Notes: a model not told the origin generated them from the letters alone. A DNA stretch of 64,000 nucleotides from Eledone cirrhosa (GCA_964016885.1 CAXHJY010000725.1:93021-157020); one strand, 5' to 3'. Counted from the stretch's first letter, positions 15,036 to 31,241 are shown. Numbers and translations: made by a program.

Positions 15036-16314
15036 CTAGCTGGCACTCCAGTGCAAAGATGCCGCACGCCCCCTCAAGTCAGCGAGGGTGGCGGTGGGGC
15101 GGGGATTAATGTGCTCTGATGTTGGGTTTGAATAGTTTTGAGGATTCCCCAGTTCAGCAGCCAGTACGTTAAAGAAACTTGATAGTTACAACAATAAAGG
15201 CTGAACAGAGAACAAACTTTTTAACAGACAATAATTTGTACAACCATAATGGAAATTCCAAGTAACAGAAAATATTTAAATTACATTGTTAGATCCTCAG
15301 AGTATACAATATTTTTTGTTCGGCCCTCCGAAGCAAAGAGGAAGAGATTGTTTGGCGAGCTCACCCTAGAGCATCCTATATACAATTGACCATGGAAGAA
15401 TCACTGATCTCGTAGCTCGTCTCGCGGAGAAGCTCTGTAGACGTTGACCGCTGGACACTCCTGTCAGGAGCAGGTAACCTGTAGTGACTTAGAGGCCTAC
15501 CACCAATCTCCAGGACACTGTTTTCAAGACAAATGAGACATCGTATGTTACGTTCGGATTGTGTCTGCGTGTGCGGTGGAGGATGTCCTCAGCTAGACTT
15601 GCGTGGTGGTTATTCCACATTGCGAGAGGGTCGGCGAGATCGCAGTTGTGCAGCATAATAGTAAAAATGTTTTCGCAGCTGCGAAGGGATTTTAGCAGTT
15701 GGTGCTTCTTGCAGGGTGAGGTGCCAATGGCCATTGATGGTTCTTAGATCTTGGAAAAACTGTGGTCCTCTAGCCTCGAACAGTAACAATGACGATAAGC
15801 CGTCTGTGCTTTCGGGAAATAAATAGGTTTTTGTTTTTGTTTATGCAAAAATATCTCTACACGAATATATATATTAAAATAACAGATTAAAGTTTAAGCA
15901 AAGAATCGCTGCTTTCACCCTTAACGGGATTTTCTGAAACTAAAAAAATCCGTCTGTGAACGCAGAAGTAAATATTTCGAAAAACGTTATCTAATGCAGA
16001 CAGCCATACATACAGAGACACATTATAAGGGCGCTACGTTATAGCTATGTATCTATCTAAAAAGACAGACTAAGAAAAAGATTGGAATGTTTGGTGACGT
16101 CATAATGACGTATAACCGGAAGTGTTGACATTTGAAATTTCAAAGAAGTGAATATTTAAATAATATCTTTCATCTTTTAACAAAATTCAGTAGACAAAAA
16201 TACCCTCACTTTTTTACTTGGAAAAAGTTACATCTATGGTGTAAATTTGGTGCTGTTTAGTTCAACCGTTTGGCGGAAAGTTTGTTACCTACATACGGCC
16301 GTCAGATTTATAGA
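15036..16314 (-). mobile_element. Internally deleted Helitron with RepHel remnants
   Basis: 15290-15400 FFHGQLYIGCSRVSSPNNLFLFASEGRTKNIVYSE (PIF1 helicase C-terminus); 15489-15790 MLHNCDLADPLAMWNNHHASLAEDIL (Rep-helicase linker); TC...CTAG|T termini. Confidence 0.88.
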
Positions 16315-16679
16315 CTAGCAGAATGGCCTGGCGTTACTCGGGATTTGGTCTAGGGTTCTTATATATTTGATATATATTTATCCTTATCGAGCCTCGTGAA
16401 ATAAATACGTTTGTTTATATTTTGTTATTGTGTATACAAAAATATCTGCACACGAATATATAATTATATATATATATATGTATATATATGTATATAAATA
16501 ACAGTACAGAGAAGTACGGGATACCTCGGCCTTGGGATGGTGTCTACATTTTCTGCTTATAAACAAATTCGTCGTAGATTACCAGTGATTTTTACCGTGC
16601 GAAGAAAATCAATACTTTATCGCGAAATCAATACTTTTGTGTATATTTTGTTATTGTGTATACAAAAATATCTGTATAC

Positions 16680-16729
<50 letters not shown>

Positions 16730-16923
16730 TACCGCGAAATAAATACTTTTGTTTATACTGTGTTATTGTGTATGCAAAATATCGGTACACGAATATATAA
16801 TTGTATATAAACAAGCAAATTATAAACGTAAACATGTAAGTATATTTTTGAAACGGTGCGCGAGTTTGAAATTAGAAATTAGAAATTATAAGCTTTCACC
16901 GTATTTTAGACTAAAGAAATTAG

Positions 16924-17292
16924 AAGCTCCCGGATAGTGGGGTTACTAATTTTATTATTGGTCTATTATGCAAATTAGTGTCGGAGAGGTTTTAATCTCG
17001 TACATTTAAATTAAGCCGTTGGAATAGGCTTAATTTAAATATACGGGATTTAAACCACTCCGACACTAATTTGCATAATAGACCAATAATAAAATTAGTA
17101 ACCCCACTATCCGGGAGTTTCCAACCGACATGGTCGCATTCTTTAAGGGTATGTCAATATTTGTTTATAAAACTGATCTATATTATATTTTATCTGATGA
17201 AAGCGCACCATAATTTGCTTTGGTGTCCTTGAAATATGTATAATGAAATAAATATGGTTTTATAAATATAGTTTCCATTTGTTAATATATTG
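16924..17292 (+). mobile_element. Family B PLE repeat with 5' hairpin
   Basis: Arms 16924-17017 / 17027-17120; hammerhead at 17186-17250; ends in (TA)n. Confidence 0.85.
17186..17250 (+). ncRNA. Type I hammerhead (family B)
   Basis: tattttat-CTGATGA-aagcgcacc..ggtgtcctt-GAAA-tatgta-TA-atgaaata. Confidence 0.82.
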
Positions 17293-17305
17293 TATATATA
17301 TATAT

Positions 17306-17436
<131 letters not shown>

Positions 17437-17670
17437 AAAGGTATAGAAAACATTGTAGCGAAAAGCCAACAGTATTCCATAATATATATATATATATATA
17501 GTAATAATAATAAATTAATCTGTTATTTTAATAAATAAATATATATATATTAAAATAACAGATTAAAGTTTAAGCAAAGAACCGCTGCCTTCACCGTTAA
17601 CGGGATCTTCTGAAACTAAAATGATAAATCTGTGAACGCAGAAGTAAATATTTCGAAAAACGTTACACAC

Positions 17671-17703
<33 letters not shown>

Positions 17704-18399
17704 TATATATACATATATATATATATATACACACACACACCGTGTCATTATGACGTAATGCAGATAGCTAGGCATAGAGACAGATATTATAAGGGCGCAA
17801 CGTAATATCTATGTATCTATCTAAAAAGAGAAAGACTAAGAATTATAGAGAGAAATCGCTAAATCGCCTAATGCGGTCCCTAGGTCATTGGAAATTTGAA
17901 ATTGTTTTTGCTCAAAACACTCACGGGACCATAAGTATTACATGTGTAAAGTTTGAAAACTGTCGGTTGGGTGGTTCTTGAGTTTTAGTGATTGGACAGA
18001 CAGAGAGACAAACAGTCATTCTCTGTTTTAGTAATATAGATAATTAAATATATTCTCGACGCTTCAAAAAGCCGAAAATTCAACTCCGTACATTATTTGT
18101 TTACATACAGATGTGTATCTGTCAATCTCTCTGCCTTCTTGCTGACATCTGAAAGCTGTTGTCCAGCTATCTAGTTTAAAAAAATGACGGGAAAGATTTC
18201 ATCAAAGGCCCCTTAGCTTAATGGTTAAAGCGTCTAGCCGGTATCTGGAAGATATGGCGTTTCGCTGGCAACTATTTTTTCCGTCTTTTAAGGGTGTCCA
18301 ACCTGTTTTATAAGCTATCTTTATAGCATTTCTGCGGCTGACAATTTTCTTATTACTTATATAAAAATATATGTATACATATATATAAATATATATATA

Positions 18400-18488
<89 letters not shown>

Positions 18489-18740
18489 GAAAACGAAAAA
18501 TCAGTGATGCATCTGAACTCAATTTATTGTGTGTTACAATTGTTTCGCCGGCGGACAGCTCGAGACGTCATCATTGTGTGGATCTGTCTGATTCTGGACC
18601 CGCAGGTTCGACGGACACGTCTAATGATTTCGGAGCATATTCTCTCTCACACACACACATATATATATATATATACATATGCATACATATATTTATATGT
18701 ATGTATATGTATATATACCGATACTGATACTGCCAATCCA

Positions 18741-19064
18741 CATCAACCATAATAATATGCTAATGTGTGTAGAGAGATGGGGAGGGCAAGAGAGATGGGG
18801 GCGATGACAGTGGGAGTTCGGCTCTTCCGTGTTCGGACCTGGTGTGCAACGTCAGTTGTCCGTGGGGGGGGGGGGTAGTGGTTTGTACTTAGCAAACACA
18901 AGGTTCTAAAAGCCTTCGCTAAGTACAAACCACTACCTCCCTACGACAATTGACGCTGCACACCAGGTCCGAACACGGAAGAGCCGAACTCCCACTACCA
19001 TCGCCTCCATCTCTCTCGCCCTCCCCATCTCTCTACACACATTAGCATATTATTATGGTTGATG
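18741..19064. repeat. About 150-bp inverted repeat with a 24-nt loop
   Basis: Arms 18741-18893 / 18918-19064. Confidence 0.9.
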
Positions 19065-19443
19065 CACACACCATACAGACCATGGTTTCCAAAAGTTGTT
19101 TATTTAATGGCTCCCTTCTTACACAACAGAAATATTTGGTGGGCTTTACCATTACCTCACAGTGCTTGCGGCCAATCTTTCCCGTCAAGTGAGAAGCTTT
19201 AATTGTTCGAGCTAAAAATGCAAATACAAATATTCATTTATGAGGCAATATGAAATTTGAAATCAAGTTTACTTTTTGAAAAGCCGCCAGGATACACGCT
19301 GATGAATTAGAAATAACAATCGAATAAGTCGGGTATAATATTCCTGAAGACAGTACTACTTTGACGCTAAACTCCATCAGTTGCAGACAGCGCATCAACA
19401 TGAGATATCTCTCTCCACAAAGTTCAATCACCAACAGCAGAGT

Positions 19444-19800
19444 TTAAAGATCAAGTCCAGTCCATAAGTTGACATTGTTTTGGCTGCCGACCTCTGCTTC
19501 TCTTACCAGCCAACCTTCCTTCCAGGCATAACTTACACCACAAGTTGATCTTTTGATATGACCGTATAGTTTAAGCACTCTTGACCTAACAACTGATGTG
19601 ATTGGTCTAAGCCTGGTAATGTTGAGCAGCTCACTGATACAGAGCCGCTTGCCAGTCATAAGTCTCATGATGTGGTTCTAGAATGTAGAGAGCTTCTGAA
19701 GTGACATTGTCGTCTAATTAATACAATCAAGACCATATAACACAACTGGTACGATGTAAGTATCGAGATATACAAACTCCGTAACTTGAGCAATTTGCTG
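19444..19800 (-). pseudogene. RTE-type LINE C-terminal fragment
   Basis: YIVPVVLYGLDC..LQKLSTF*NHIMRLM..RSRVLKLYGHIKRS; contains stops. Confidence 0.7.
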
Positions 19801-20145
19801 GTGTTAGATTGTGAATTGGAGATTGGCATTGTTTTTATCAGTTGTTATACAATTTGTTTTGGGGATGTTTCTGGATACTGAAGACAGTACCCCCTCCCGC
19901 CTAAAAAAAAAAAAAAAATGAATAAAATGAAATAAAAACATCCCCCAAACAAAACAAAGTGAAGAGAACCTTTTGCAGTTAAAACCTCTATAATGCAGGA
20001 AAAGAGAAGACGGAAGCACTTGTATTTAATGGTAAAAAGCAGTTGTCCAGAATACGACAGAGGCAGAGTTCGAGTGCTTTTCTTTCTACACACGTTTTTC
20101 CATTTCCCTGGGCATTTTACTTGAGAATAATACATAGTTTCATTA

Positions 20146-20331
20146 TTGGATTGGCAAAATCAGTAGAGCGTCGGACAGCTTTGCAGCATAGGAGTTATGG
20201 CCCTTTACATTCTGAGTTCAAGCCCCGCCGAGCTTAACTTTGCCTTTCATCCTTACGGGGTTGATAAAATAAAGTACCAGTAATGTACTGGAATAATTGC
20301 TGGCCTTGTGCTAAAAGTAGAAACAATTATT
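20146..20331 (+). mobile_element. SINE family 1
   Basis: Consensus match; a partial minus-strand copy lies at 20866-20997. Confidence 0.85.
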
Positions 20332-21001
20332 ATAGACATTCATGCGTATATGTGTGTCTGTCTCTTTCTTTCTTTCTTTCTTTCTTTCTTTAACTCTTTC
20401 TCTCTCTCTATCTCCCCCCCCCCCTTCTCTCAGAGCTTATTTTACGTTTATGTCTCCGTGTCTGTTTATATTTTGAAAAAAAATAAGATTTCAAAAGCTA
20501 GACTCTGGAGTGATATGATAGATTGTATCCAGGCTTTTGTGTGTTTGTTTGTTTGTGAGTATGTCTGTCTGTGTATGGTAAAAATTGCATTGTAACTGAA
20601 CGTTTCATGACTAATTAATTAATTAATTAAGCAATCATCTTACAAATGTCATTGACCAATAGTTTCAGACTAGACTAAAAATAAACAAGACTTCAGATAT
20701 AATGATCTAGGATGGAAACGTTAGGTCAAACCATGGTATGTAAATATGAATTACTTCCCTTTAATATTTGGGAATTGAAATTTTCTAAATAGAATGAGTT
20801 TAGCTCTATTGCTTCCGAAACACTTAAAATCGTCCCTTATTTTACGATCTAAAACTATTTATGTCTTTATTTTATCGACCCCGTAAGGATGAAAGGCAAA
20901 GTTAACCTTGGCAGGATTTAAACTCTGATCGTAAAGGGACGTAATTCTATACTGCAAAGCATCGCGTCCGACCCTTTACTGATACTGCAATCCACCTCCC
21001 T

Positions 21002-21039
<38 letters not shown>

Positions 21040-21827
21040 GGGAGCGTTCAATTGGCAGGCAAATACGGTATATTGTTATTAATAATTTAGCGTTAAAATA
21101 TATATATATATATATATTGCCACGAAAAAAAACATTAAAAAATCACGATAGATATTTACGATTCCGCGAATATGCGGTGGTTTCCATGAACAATTATTAG
21201 TTAGGTTCTAAGGAAAATTCTGTGAATGTCGGGAGTACACTGTATATGCATGCAGAATCCCATATATACACACATGAATACTATAACTGGTTAATTCACA
21301 GCCCATGGAGTGTTCAGGGATTCTATATAGATGGAAGGAAATATCGGCTCTTTTATGTAGAAGGTTAGAGGGTTAAATTATGAAGAGTGAGTGAATGTTA
21401 AGTGGAGAGTCATTTAGTCTGTTGGCGGTATTAGATTCCAGTTTTACAGTAAAGAATTGTTAAAATGGCAGCAAGTTGTAAGATATTATTTGGTCTTTCT
21501 TGTGCATTACAAGTTTATGAATTTCTTTCTTGTTTATTTTTTTGAAAATGAGGCTCTTCTTTTGTTCCTGTTTTGTTTAGCTCACACATCTCAAAGGTTT
21601 CATATTGAAATCAGTAGTGTTCTCTTTGTCAGTTGTACTTGAACAATTTGGTTAGATTCTTATGTTGATTATTACTAAAGGGACATATATGATTTAACTA
21701 ACGTTATTTGAATGTAGTTTCCATGATACATATATGCCGTTAAATATCCTACAGTATTATGAAAATAATTTAGGGCCATGCGCTACTGTTTTTCAAGTAC
21801 GTTTCTATGTGGGAATACAGGGATTAC

Positions 21828-21904
21828 CTGCATAGAACATGATTTCTGTTGATCGGTTGTTCGGTCAACTGAAATCATTTCAATATTGTCCTTGTCAATC
21901 TCTC
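21828..21904 (-). CDS. Candidate host coding exon, (G)EIDKDNIEMISVDRTTDQQKSCSMQ
   Basis: Acceptor ttatttatttgcag|, donor CAG|gtaatc, open frame, phase-compatible with neighbouring candidate exons. Confidence 0.5.
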
Positions 21905-21919
21905 CTGCAAATAAATAAA

Positions 21920-22066
<147 letters not shown>

Positions 22067-22131
22067 TCCGTCAAGGAGGCAGTCACTCTGAATAAAACTG
22101 ATACATGGCAGAGAGAACTGTTCAGTCCTAC

Positions 22132-22209
22132 CAAACAACTTCTCTAATGCTGGGGTCACGATAAAATGTATCCAGTTTGAGCTTTTAGAAGGGTATCCAC
22201 CCTGAAACC
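22132..22209 (-). CDS. Candidate host coding exon, FQGGYPSKSSNWIHFIVTPALEKLF(G)
   Basis: Acceptor ..gctggcag| (alternative start 22201); donor TTTG|gtagga in phase 1, matching exon 21828-21904. Confidence 0.4.
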
Positions 22210-22404
22210 CTGCCAGCAATTATGAAAAACACAACATACAATATACATATTAATTTTATGTTCGCTCTCATCGACCCACAAGTTTCCAGATACCATTCAC
22301 TTGCCGAGTGGAGGAACCTCATCAAATCGAACCAAGGAAACAATGTTTCCATTGGTCTTACCATTGCTGATACTACCTACCAGTCGCAACTCCTGGCAGA
22401 ACAA

Positions 22405-23155
22405 GAGAGGCCAGTGAAATAGAAATTAGAAGACCAAAGCTAAACAGAAAGAATGAATGGAATAACAACAACACCCAAACAAACAACACTGACCTAAGAG
22501 AAGTATAAATAAGTAAATAAAATAAGATAAATAAATACATACACAAGCACAATAACAACAAGCACATAAACACACACTAGTCACCCATCACACAGCAAAC
22601 ATAACACTATACACACACGCAAACGCATGCGCAAAGAAGACAAAATAAAATAAACAAACAAGCAAATAAATAAATAAATATATAGACTGAATAAAAAATG
22701 GCGTAGACATACAACACAACAGGAGGAAAATATAACACCACTGACGATGTTGCAGATGTGCAACGAAAAATTTATGATAAACTATATATATGTGTTTGTG
22801 TCTATATTGTATCTGTATTGGCAGTATCGGTAGAGGGTCAGACACCATGCTTTCCAGCATAGTTACGTCCCTTTACGATCTGAGTTCAAATCCCGCCGAG
22901 GTTGACTTTGCCTTTCATCCTTACGAGGTCGATAAAATAAAGTACCAGTAATGCACTGGGATAATTGATGGCCTTGTGCCAAAAGTAGAAACAATTATTT
23001 TTGACCGTCGGTCAGTCAATGGCAACTTTGAGGACCGAGTAAGTTAGATTACCGATATAAAAGACAGCGAGAAGCGAAAACCAACCAAACAGTGAGTGTG
23101 TTCTGTTATTAATTCTGGCAATATTACACAAATATGACCCTCCCCAAGTATAACT
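22405..23155 (+). mobile_element. PLE 3' fragment related to 47935-48890, interrupted by a SINE
   Basis: EIEIRRPKLNRKNEW; shared atggcgtag and atgaccctcc(c/a)aagtataac; hammerhead 22737-22778 (CTGACGA-t-gttgca-gatg-tgcaac-GAAA-aatt-TA). Confidence 0.65.
22819..22999 (+). mobile_element. SINE family 1
   Basis: Consensus match. Confidence 0.85.
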
Positions 23156-23310
23156 ATATATATATGTATATATATATATATATATGTATATATATGTATA
23201 TATATATATATATGTATATATATGTATATATATATATGTATATATATATGTATATATATATATGTATATATATATATATGTATATGTATATATATATGTA
23301 TATATATATG

Positions 23311-23373
<63 letters not shown>

Positions 23374-23398
23374 GTATATATATATGTATATATATATG

Positions 23399-23429
<31 letters not shown>

Positions 23430-23454
23430 GTATATATATATATGTATATATATG

Positions 23455-23515
<61 letters not shown>

Positions 23516-23533
23516 AAATATATATATATATAT

Positions 23534-23746
23534 GTGAGAAAAACCACAGACCCTCCATCTCAACTCACCTTTTGAAAAGTAGAAGAACTGCGAAACCGAT
23601 AAAGGAACCAAATAAATATATATATATTTAAAAAAAAAATAACACTTCAGTTGCATTTTCGATTTCATCTCTTTTTCTTTATACTTTCACTCGTGTAGGA
23701 CACCTCGGTTATTTTTCATTTTGTAAAAAAAACCTCACTTTCTAAT
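23534..23746 (+). mobile_element. Family D PLE repeat with U3-A8 hammerhead (23568-23605)
   Basis: Homologous to 53488-53848; (TA)n on both sides. Confidence 0.8.
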
Positions 23747-25405
<1,659 letters not shown>

Positions 25406-26087
25406 TAATTAGAGGGATTAGGATAATGGGATATATATAGACCCCGATTTAACATTTTTACATATAATAAAAATACATTTAGATTTGATGCAAGTATTTT
25501 AAGGTTTGATCATATTACAGCAACCTCTGTATTAGTATAAGGACACTCTATTTCAGTGTTATTACTCATCGACAGTGTTATTATTATCGTGGTGAAAGTA
25601 GCTTAATTACGCCACGATACCGACGTATGAAAGACACGGAATTCTTTTAGATTTTATAAATAGACTATTCTTTTTGTAAGCTTATTTACATATCACGCAA
25701 GCTTGGCTTGACTAGTATTAATTAACGGTAGAACTCAGCGTGATAGCTTTTTTTTAAATATTCTGAATCACGCTGTGTTAGTGCTCGCATTAATTAATAT
25801 TAGCGGCTTCATCAATTGACAAATAATGTAGGCGACTATTTAGCCATGTCAACATAGGCAGCTTAGGCATGTACACATGGCATATTGTTCTATATATTCT
25901 CCGATTTCTCAAGAAAACTGCATCGTATCGCATCAAAGTGCCTGCTCTGTTTGGGGTAAGTGAATAATAATTATCTCTGTTACTTTATAATTATTAAACC
26001 ATCTGATAGCAACCTGCTTGAAACTAGCTCTGCTTTTATGAATGTATGTATAGTATATTTGGCAATATACTGTATGTTTAATTAAAT

Positions 26088-26121
<34 letters not shown>

Positions 26122-26474
26122 GTTCATGTTTATATTAAAATCTTCCATCATAATTTTATTTAAGAAATGTTTTCTTAAGTAATGTTTCAAACATCAGCTT
26201 ACTAATGGAAAGATTAGTTATTTCGTTAAATACTTCAAATTTTCATAATTAATTGATACACATATTTAGTGTATTCCAGTAGAAATATAGTAACAAAAGG
26301 ATAACGAGTAGTGACCCTTGGCTGCTAGAAATCGCTGTAGAGCAGAGGTTCACCAGGGGGCATTGAGAGGGTCCAAGATGCACTGGGGCCTAAGGAGGCG
26401 GTAACGATTATATAATTATATCGATAGTCGATCAACAAGATCCCAGACCTCATTCACTTAAGGAGTGGAGCTTG

Positions 26475-26673
26475 TCAAATCGGTCAAAGGAAATAATGTT
26501 TCCATTGGTCTTTCCAATTGCTAATATTATCTCGGTCACAACTCCAGATAGAAGGAGCCACAAGAAATAAAGTGTCTTGCTCAAGATATAATTCATCGCC
26601 CGGTCTGGAAATCGAAATCCAAACCTCATGATTGCGAATCCAATTCTCTAACCACCCAGCCATGCGCCTTCAC
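26475..26673 (-). mobile_element. SINE family 2
   Basis: Reverse complement of 32328-32535. Confidence 0.8.
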
Positions 26674-26770
26674 ATAATAGTATAGTAAGTATCAAATGTT
26701 ACATATTATATATAAATTTAGTAAGATTTAGAAAAAAAAAATCATTTATACATAGTATATATTATAATAT

Positions 26771-27128
26771 TAATAATTGTTTCTACTTTTGGCACAAGGC
26801 CATAAATTACCCAGTACATTACTGGTACTTTATTTTATCGACCCCGTAAGGATTAAAGGCAAAGTTAACCTCGACGGGATTTGAACTCAGACCGTAAAGG
26901 ATCGTAACTCTATGCCTCAAAGTATGTCGTCCGACCCTCCACCGATACTGCCAATCCACTGCCCTTATTAATAATTGTTTCTACTTTTGGTACAAGGCCA
27001 GCAAATACCTAGTGCATTACTGGTACTTTATTTTATCGACCCCCGTAATGATGAAAGGCAAAGTAAACCTCAGCGAGGGACGTAACTATGCTAGAAAGCA
27101 TGGCGTCCAACCCTCTACCGATACTGCT
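26771..27128 (-). mobile_element. Two tandem SINE family 1 copies (26771-26963, 26968-27128)
   Basis: Consensus match; second copy lacks the B-box segment; another partial copy at 27407-27513. Confidence 0.85.
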
Positions 27129-27655
27129 ATAATAATGATATCATTAATGTTATTATTGGGTAGAAACTTTACAAGAGGGTTTAAAGTTCGATGCAATGGG
27201 GTTCACGCTTAGCTGATATATAATGTTTATAAAAGGTACCAAGGAATATATAATGTTTATAAAAGGTACCAAGGAATCAATACATTTTAAAACTAATACA
27301 TGTTTCAACCACTGTGTATTTGCTGGCATTAGCGTACATCTGTACGCATATGTTAGTAGATATACTAAATTCTCTATCTATATATATATATATCTATATA
27401 TATATATAATTGTTTCTACTTTAGGCACAAGGCCAGCAATTACCCAGTGCATTACTGGTACTTTATTTTATCGGCCCCGTAAGGATGAAAGGCAAAGTCA
27501 ATCTCGGCGGGATCTATATATATATATATGAAGGAGGTGAGTTTTATTGTAGTACAATAAAGCAATGCAGATATCGGATAAGAAGCACTCTACAGTTTGT
27601 AGGACTGGAGTATACTTAATATATAAGATCAAAAGATGGTTAAAAGAGTTCCATG

Positions 27656-27726
27656 TATTTTATTATGCGCATTTCAAAAACAAATAGCATCATGCAATAA
27701 CATTTGTGTTTTCATCAGATAAAATA
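27656..27726 (-). ncRNA. Type I hammerhead in the 3' repeat
   Basis: tattttat-CTGATGA-aaacacaaat..atttgttttt-GAAA-tgcgca-TA-ataaaata. Confidence 0.88.
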
Positions 27727-28635
27727 GGAAGACATGATATGAAGGTTAAAAAACACTTGTGGATAGTGCAGTTTTAAATCAACATATGAAAAGTAGTTTT
27801 AGATTGATGTGTGATATTGCAGAAATTTTTTTTGAGGGGGGGGGGGTGTGGAAAGGATGAAAAAGAGGAGGAGATGAGAGTAAAAAGTGGAGGGGGAGGA
27901 GTATAATGAGGAAGGATGAGATAGGAGGAGAGATGGGTGATAGAGAGAGAGAGATAGCTTTTATAACTGAGAAAAGTATATTGTTTTACATAGAGAGGTT
28001 GAAAAACCGTTGGAAGATAATGTATAAATTAAAAAAATTTGAAAATTAACGAAGAGAAAAATAATGTAAACTTCAGGTTTGTATATTGAAGGGTTTAATA
28101 ATATGTGCGATGAAAAGAAATTGTTAATATGTATTAAGAATAATATTTAAGGGTTTAATAATATGTGAGATGGAAAGAAAATGTTGATATGTATTATTAA
28201 AAATAGCAAAGGTAATGTAAGGATATATTGTGAAAAAAAATAGAAGATAGGATGAAACATGAAAGTGAGAAAAAAATAATGAATTGAGGATGAATAATTT
28301 AACGTCAAAAAAATGTTTATGTTTACGAAGGATTTTTTCAAGGTGATATAAAGTAAGAATATATTGTATTGTGTAATAATTGTTTCTATGTTAGGCACAG
28401 TGAGAAAAGGTACAGATTAGGGGTTAGAAATTAAAAGAAAAAGAAAAGAAAAGGAAAAGGAAGAAAGGGAAGTGATAAATAGGAGTGATATAGAATGAGT
28501 AACAAGTATTATATAATGTATAATAAATAACTTTGAAATAAGGTAGAAAGATGGGTATATTTTTAAAGAAGTATATATATATATATATATATGTGCCTTT
28601 GAGAAAAGGATTCTGAATTGCTAAAGTTTAGGATA

Positions 28636-31034
28636 TTAGCTGTATACTTTATGGAATGTTCTGTGGAATTTATGCAAGCAGAGAGAAAACAAGTCAGTGC
28701 GTCTATTTATTATAGAATCTAAATTAGATATAATGGTAAATTTTTCATTTAGACAGAGATTGCAAGTCTTGGATAGAGAACTGTTCAAGTATGAAGCAGC
28801 AGAAGAAACCTTTTTCCAAGAGATGTTATATTTAATATTTTTGTCTTTCAAGGACCATATGAGTTCTGAGAGAGCCGTGTTGGTTCTTTTAAGTTGGTAT
28901 TTAAAAGACGAATGATGATTATAAAGACGAGCTTTAAATGAGGTGGAAGTGGAGCCAAAATAGGTGAAGGAATTGGTATCGTTATAACTTTACATTCGTA
29001 GATTAAGTTTTTATCAAGACAATGGTTGTTGAGAGGACATTTATTTTTAGCAGGGCAATTGCAATTGCGATTAGAGAGATTATTAACGAGTGACCTAGTG
29101 TTATCTATAGAAGGAATTGGATTGGAGAAGTTATTTGCGATAGGAATAATAGTTTCATGATTTAGAATGGGATTAAGAACATTTAGCGAAGTTGTGTTTG
29201 ACGTTGTATTTGGGTTTGCAGAAATTAGCCTAGAGTTTACAATGACGTCGGGAGTGCTATTACTAGTATTATGATATTCAGTGTTGGAAGGAAGAGATTT
29301 AGTATTTAGTATTTTATTGTTGTGTTTAGAGATAATGTTGGAAATGTTGGAGGATGTCGAATAGGAAAATGTTATAGTGTGTTTGTTAAATATTTTACTA
29401 TAGATATGTGAGGGAGGGAAGCATTTATTTAAGGCACTAAAGAATAATTTAGGAATATTATTATTAATAGAGATGGAGAAAGGAGCATTATACCAGATTA
29501 TGTTTTTGTATCTAGGTCTTTTATTAAAGTTATTGGAATGATCATGATTAATTATTCTACTGTAAGTTCTTCTAGAATTTGTTTCTTTATTATATTTGAT
29601 TTTATCAGGATAGCCGGCTTTAGAAAGCGCGTTATTATAGTAATTGGCGTTAGCATCAAAGATGTTTTTATTAGAAGATAGGTTAAATATTCTTTTTCCA
29701 ATATTACTAACTATAGCATTCTTAATATTAGTAGGGTGGTTAGATTTAAAATTAACATAATTTAGGTTCTCATTGTTTTTATGGTAAGGGTAATATAGGC
29801 CAGTGTCAAGATTAAGAGATACATCCAAGAAATTAGCTAGTTTGATGCTGTTATCAAATTCAATTTTTAGGTTATGTTGGATAAAGAGATTACGTATATT
29901 GTTCTTAATAATATTAAGGTTAACTATGTTGCAATTTAAGATAGTAAAGAGTACATCGTCACGATAAATTCCACCGCGAAGTTGAGGAATTTTCCGACTC
30001 AAACAGTTCAAAATAAAGATACCAATTAAATCTGTCAATTGGGATGAATCGGATGCTCCCATTGTGATGTCGAAGTTGTTAGAGGTATCAGCTCTGGTCC
30101 AATATTCATTGTTGAACTCAAGGATGGTTTTACGTGCGGTGAGAATGATGTGAAGTTCATCTGTGGTGATGTCAGAATATTTAAATGCGAAAGATAGAGC
30201 ATTGTTGAGAAGTGAAAGCGAAATAGAAGAATAGTAGCTGGCAATATCAAATTGAACAAATTTTAGTTTGTTTTTATTATTCAATTTGTTGAACCAGCCA
30301 ATCACTTCAGAAGTACCAAACCATAAATTTAAGTTCAAAGAAGAGCAATTAGAACGAACCTGTGGGATAATTCTATCCAAGATGGCTTTACTAACAACCC
30401 CCAGATCTGATTTAGAGGGGGCTATTAATCTAACAGGTAGTTCAGTGCGAAAATTGTTTTTGTGATCCTTGAGATTTATCCTCGGAGTTCTTGGGAGGAA
30501 TGGTTCGGTCTTTTTTCCGATGCCAAGTTTTGACATAATCTCAGAGGCTTCAAAGTTTATGGATTCTAAATTATCATGGTTGGTTTTACGATATTTTTTC
30601 CTAAGTTCCTTTATGATAAGGTTGTTATAATTATCCTTGGAAATACCATATAAATTATTGGTTTTGTCAGAGTGGACTAAAACATTTTTTGAGGAATTTA
30701 GGTTTGAAATTGTGTTCTTGAGATTTACAAGGTGCTCTTGTCTTTTGTAAGGGTATCTCTTGAATTTAAGATTTTTTATAATATTTGTTAACTCTTCCTC
30801 GAATTGCACTAGATTTTTGTTGGAAGGAGGATTTCTTCTAGAATTAAATAGATGATCGAGGAAGTTATGTTTCTTGGTATAGAAGTTCCCTTTTAGGCAC
30901 TGGTCATAGAAATAAGCTATCCATCTAAGTCTTCTTACAAAGGAGTCAGTTTTTTCAATTAGAAGTTTGGTGAATTCAGATTTACCAGGTATAGGAATGT
31001 CTTTAGTTGAATTGGTTATGTTGTAATAATCCAT
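28636..31034 (-). CDS. PLE RT / GIY-YIG endonuclease polyprotein, about 799 aa, with one frameshift near 28981
   Basis: SDKTNNLY, LKDHK, FVQFDIASYYSSI, ITMGASDS, GIYRDD, NFLDVSL, SNHP, CNCPAKNKCPLNNHC, LIYEC; after the shift YFGSTSTSFKARLYNH..TALSELIWSLKD..CNLCLNEK..CLH. Confidence 0.93.
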
Positions 31035-31241
31035 GTTGTAGAAGAAAAAGGTAAAGGACTATCAAAAGGTATATAATATGAGAGTTAGCGCTCAACAGTT
31101 AAGGAGCAAGTTAATGTAGGAGGTGAGTTTTATTGTAGTACAATAAAGCAATGCAGATATCGGATAAGAAGCACTCTACAGTTTGTAGGACTGGAGTATA
31201 CATAATATATAAGATCAAAAGATGGTTAAAAGAGTTCCATG

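Noticed and set aside
25831-25955. Plus-strand exon ending GGG|gtaagt
   Set aside because: Weak acceptor, no partner exon and no recognisable peptide.
28975-28990. Programmed -1 frameshift between RT and nuclease
   Set aside because: No X-XXY-YYZ slippery site, the shift falls inside the GIY-YIG motif pair, and the related copy at 38487-39002 is continuous. Mutation or sequencing error is more likely.
28636-31034. Selenoprotein-type PLE (UGA recoding, reported for some Naiads)
   Set aside because: No in-frame TGA at cysteine positions in this ORF or in the zinc motifs of the 7300 and 38900 copies; no SECIS recognised.
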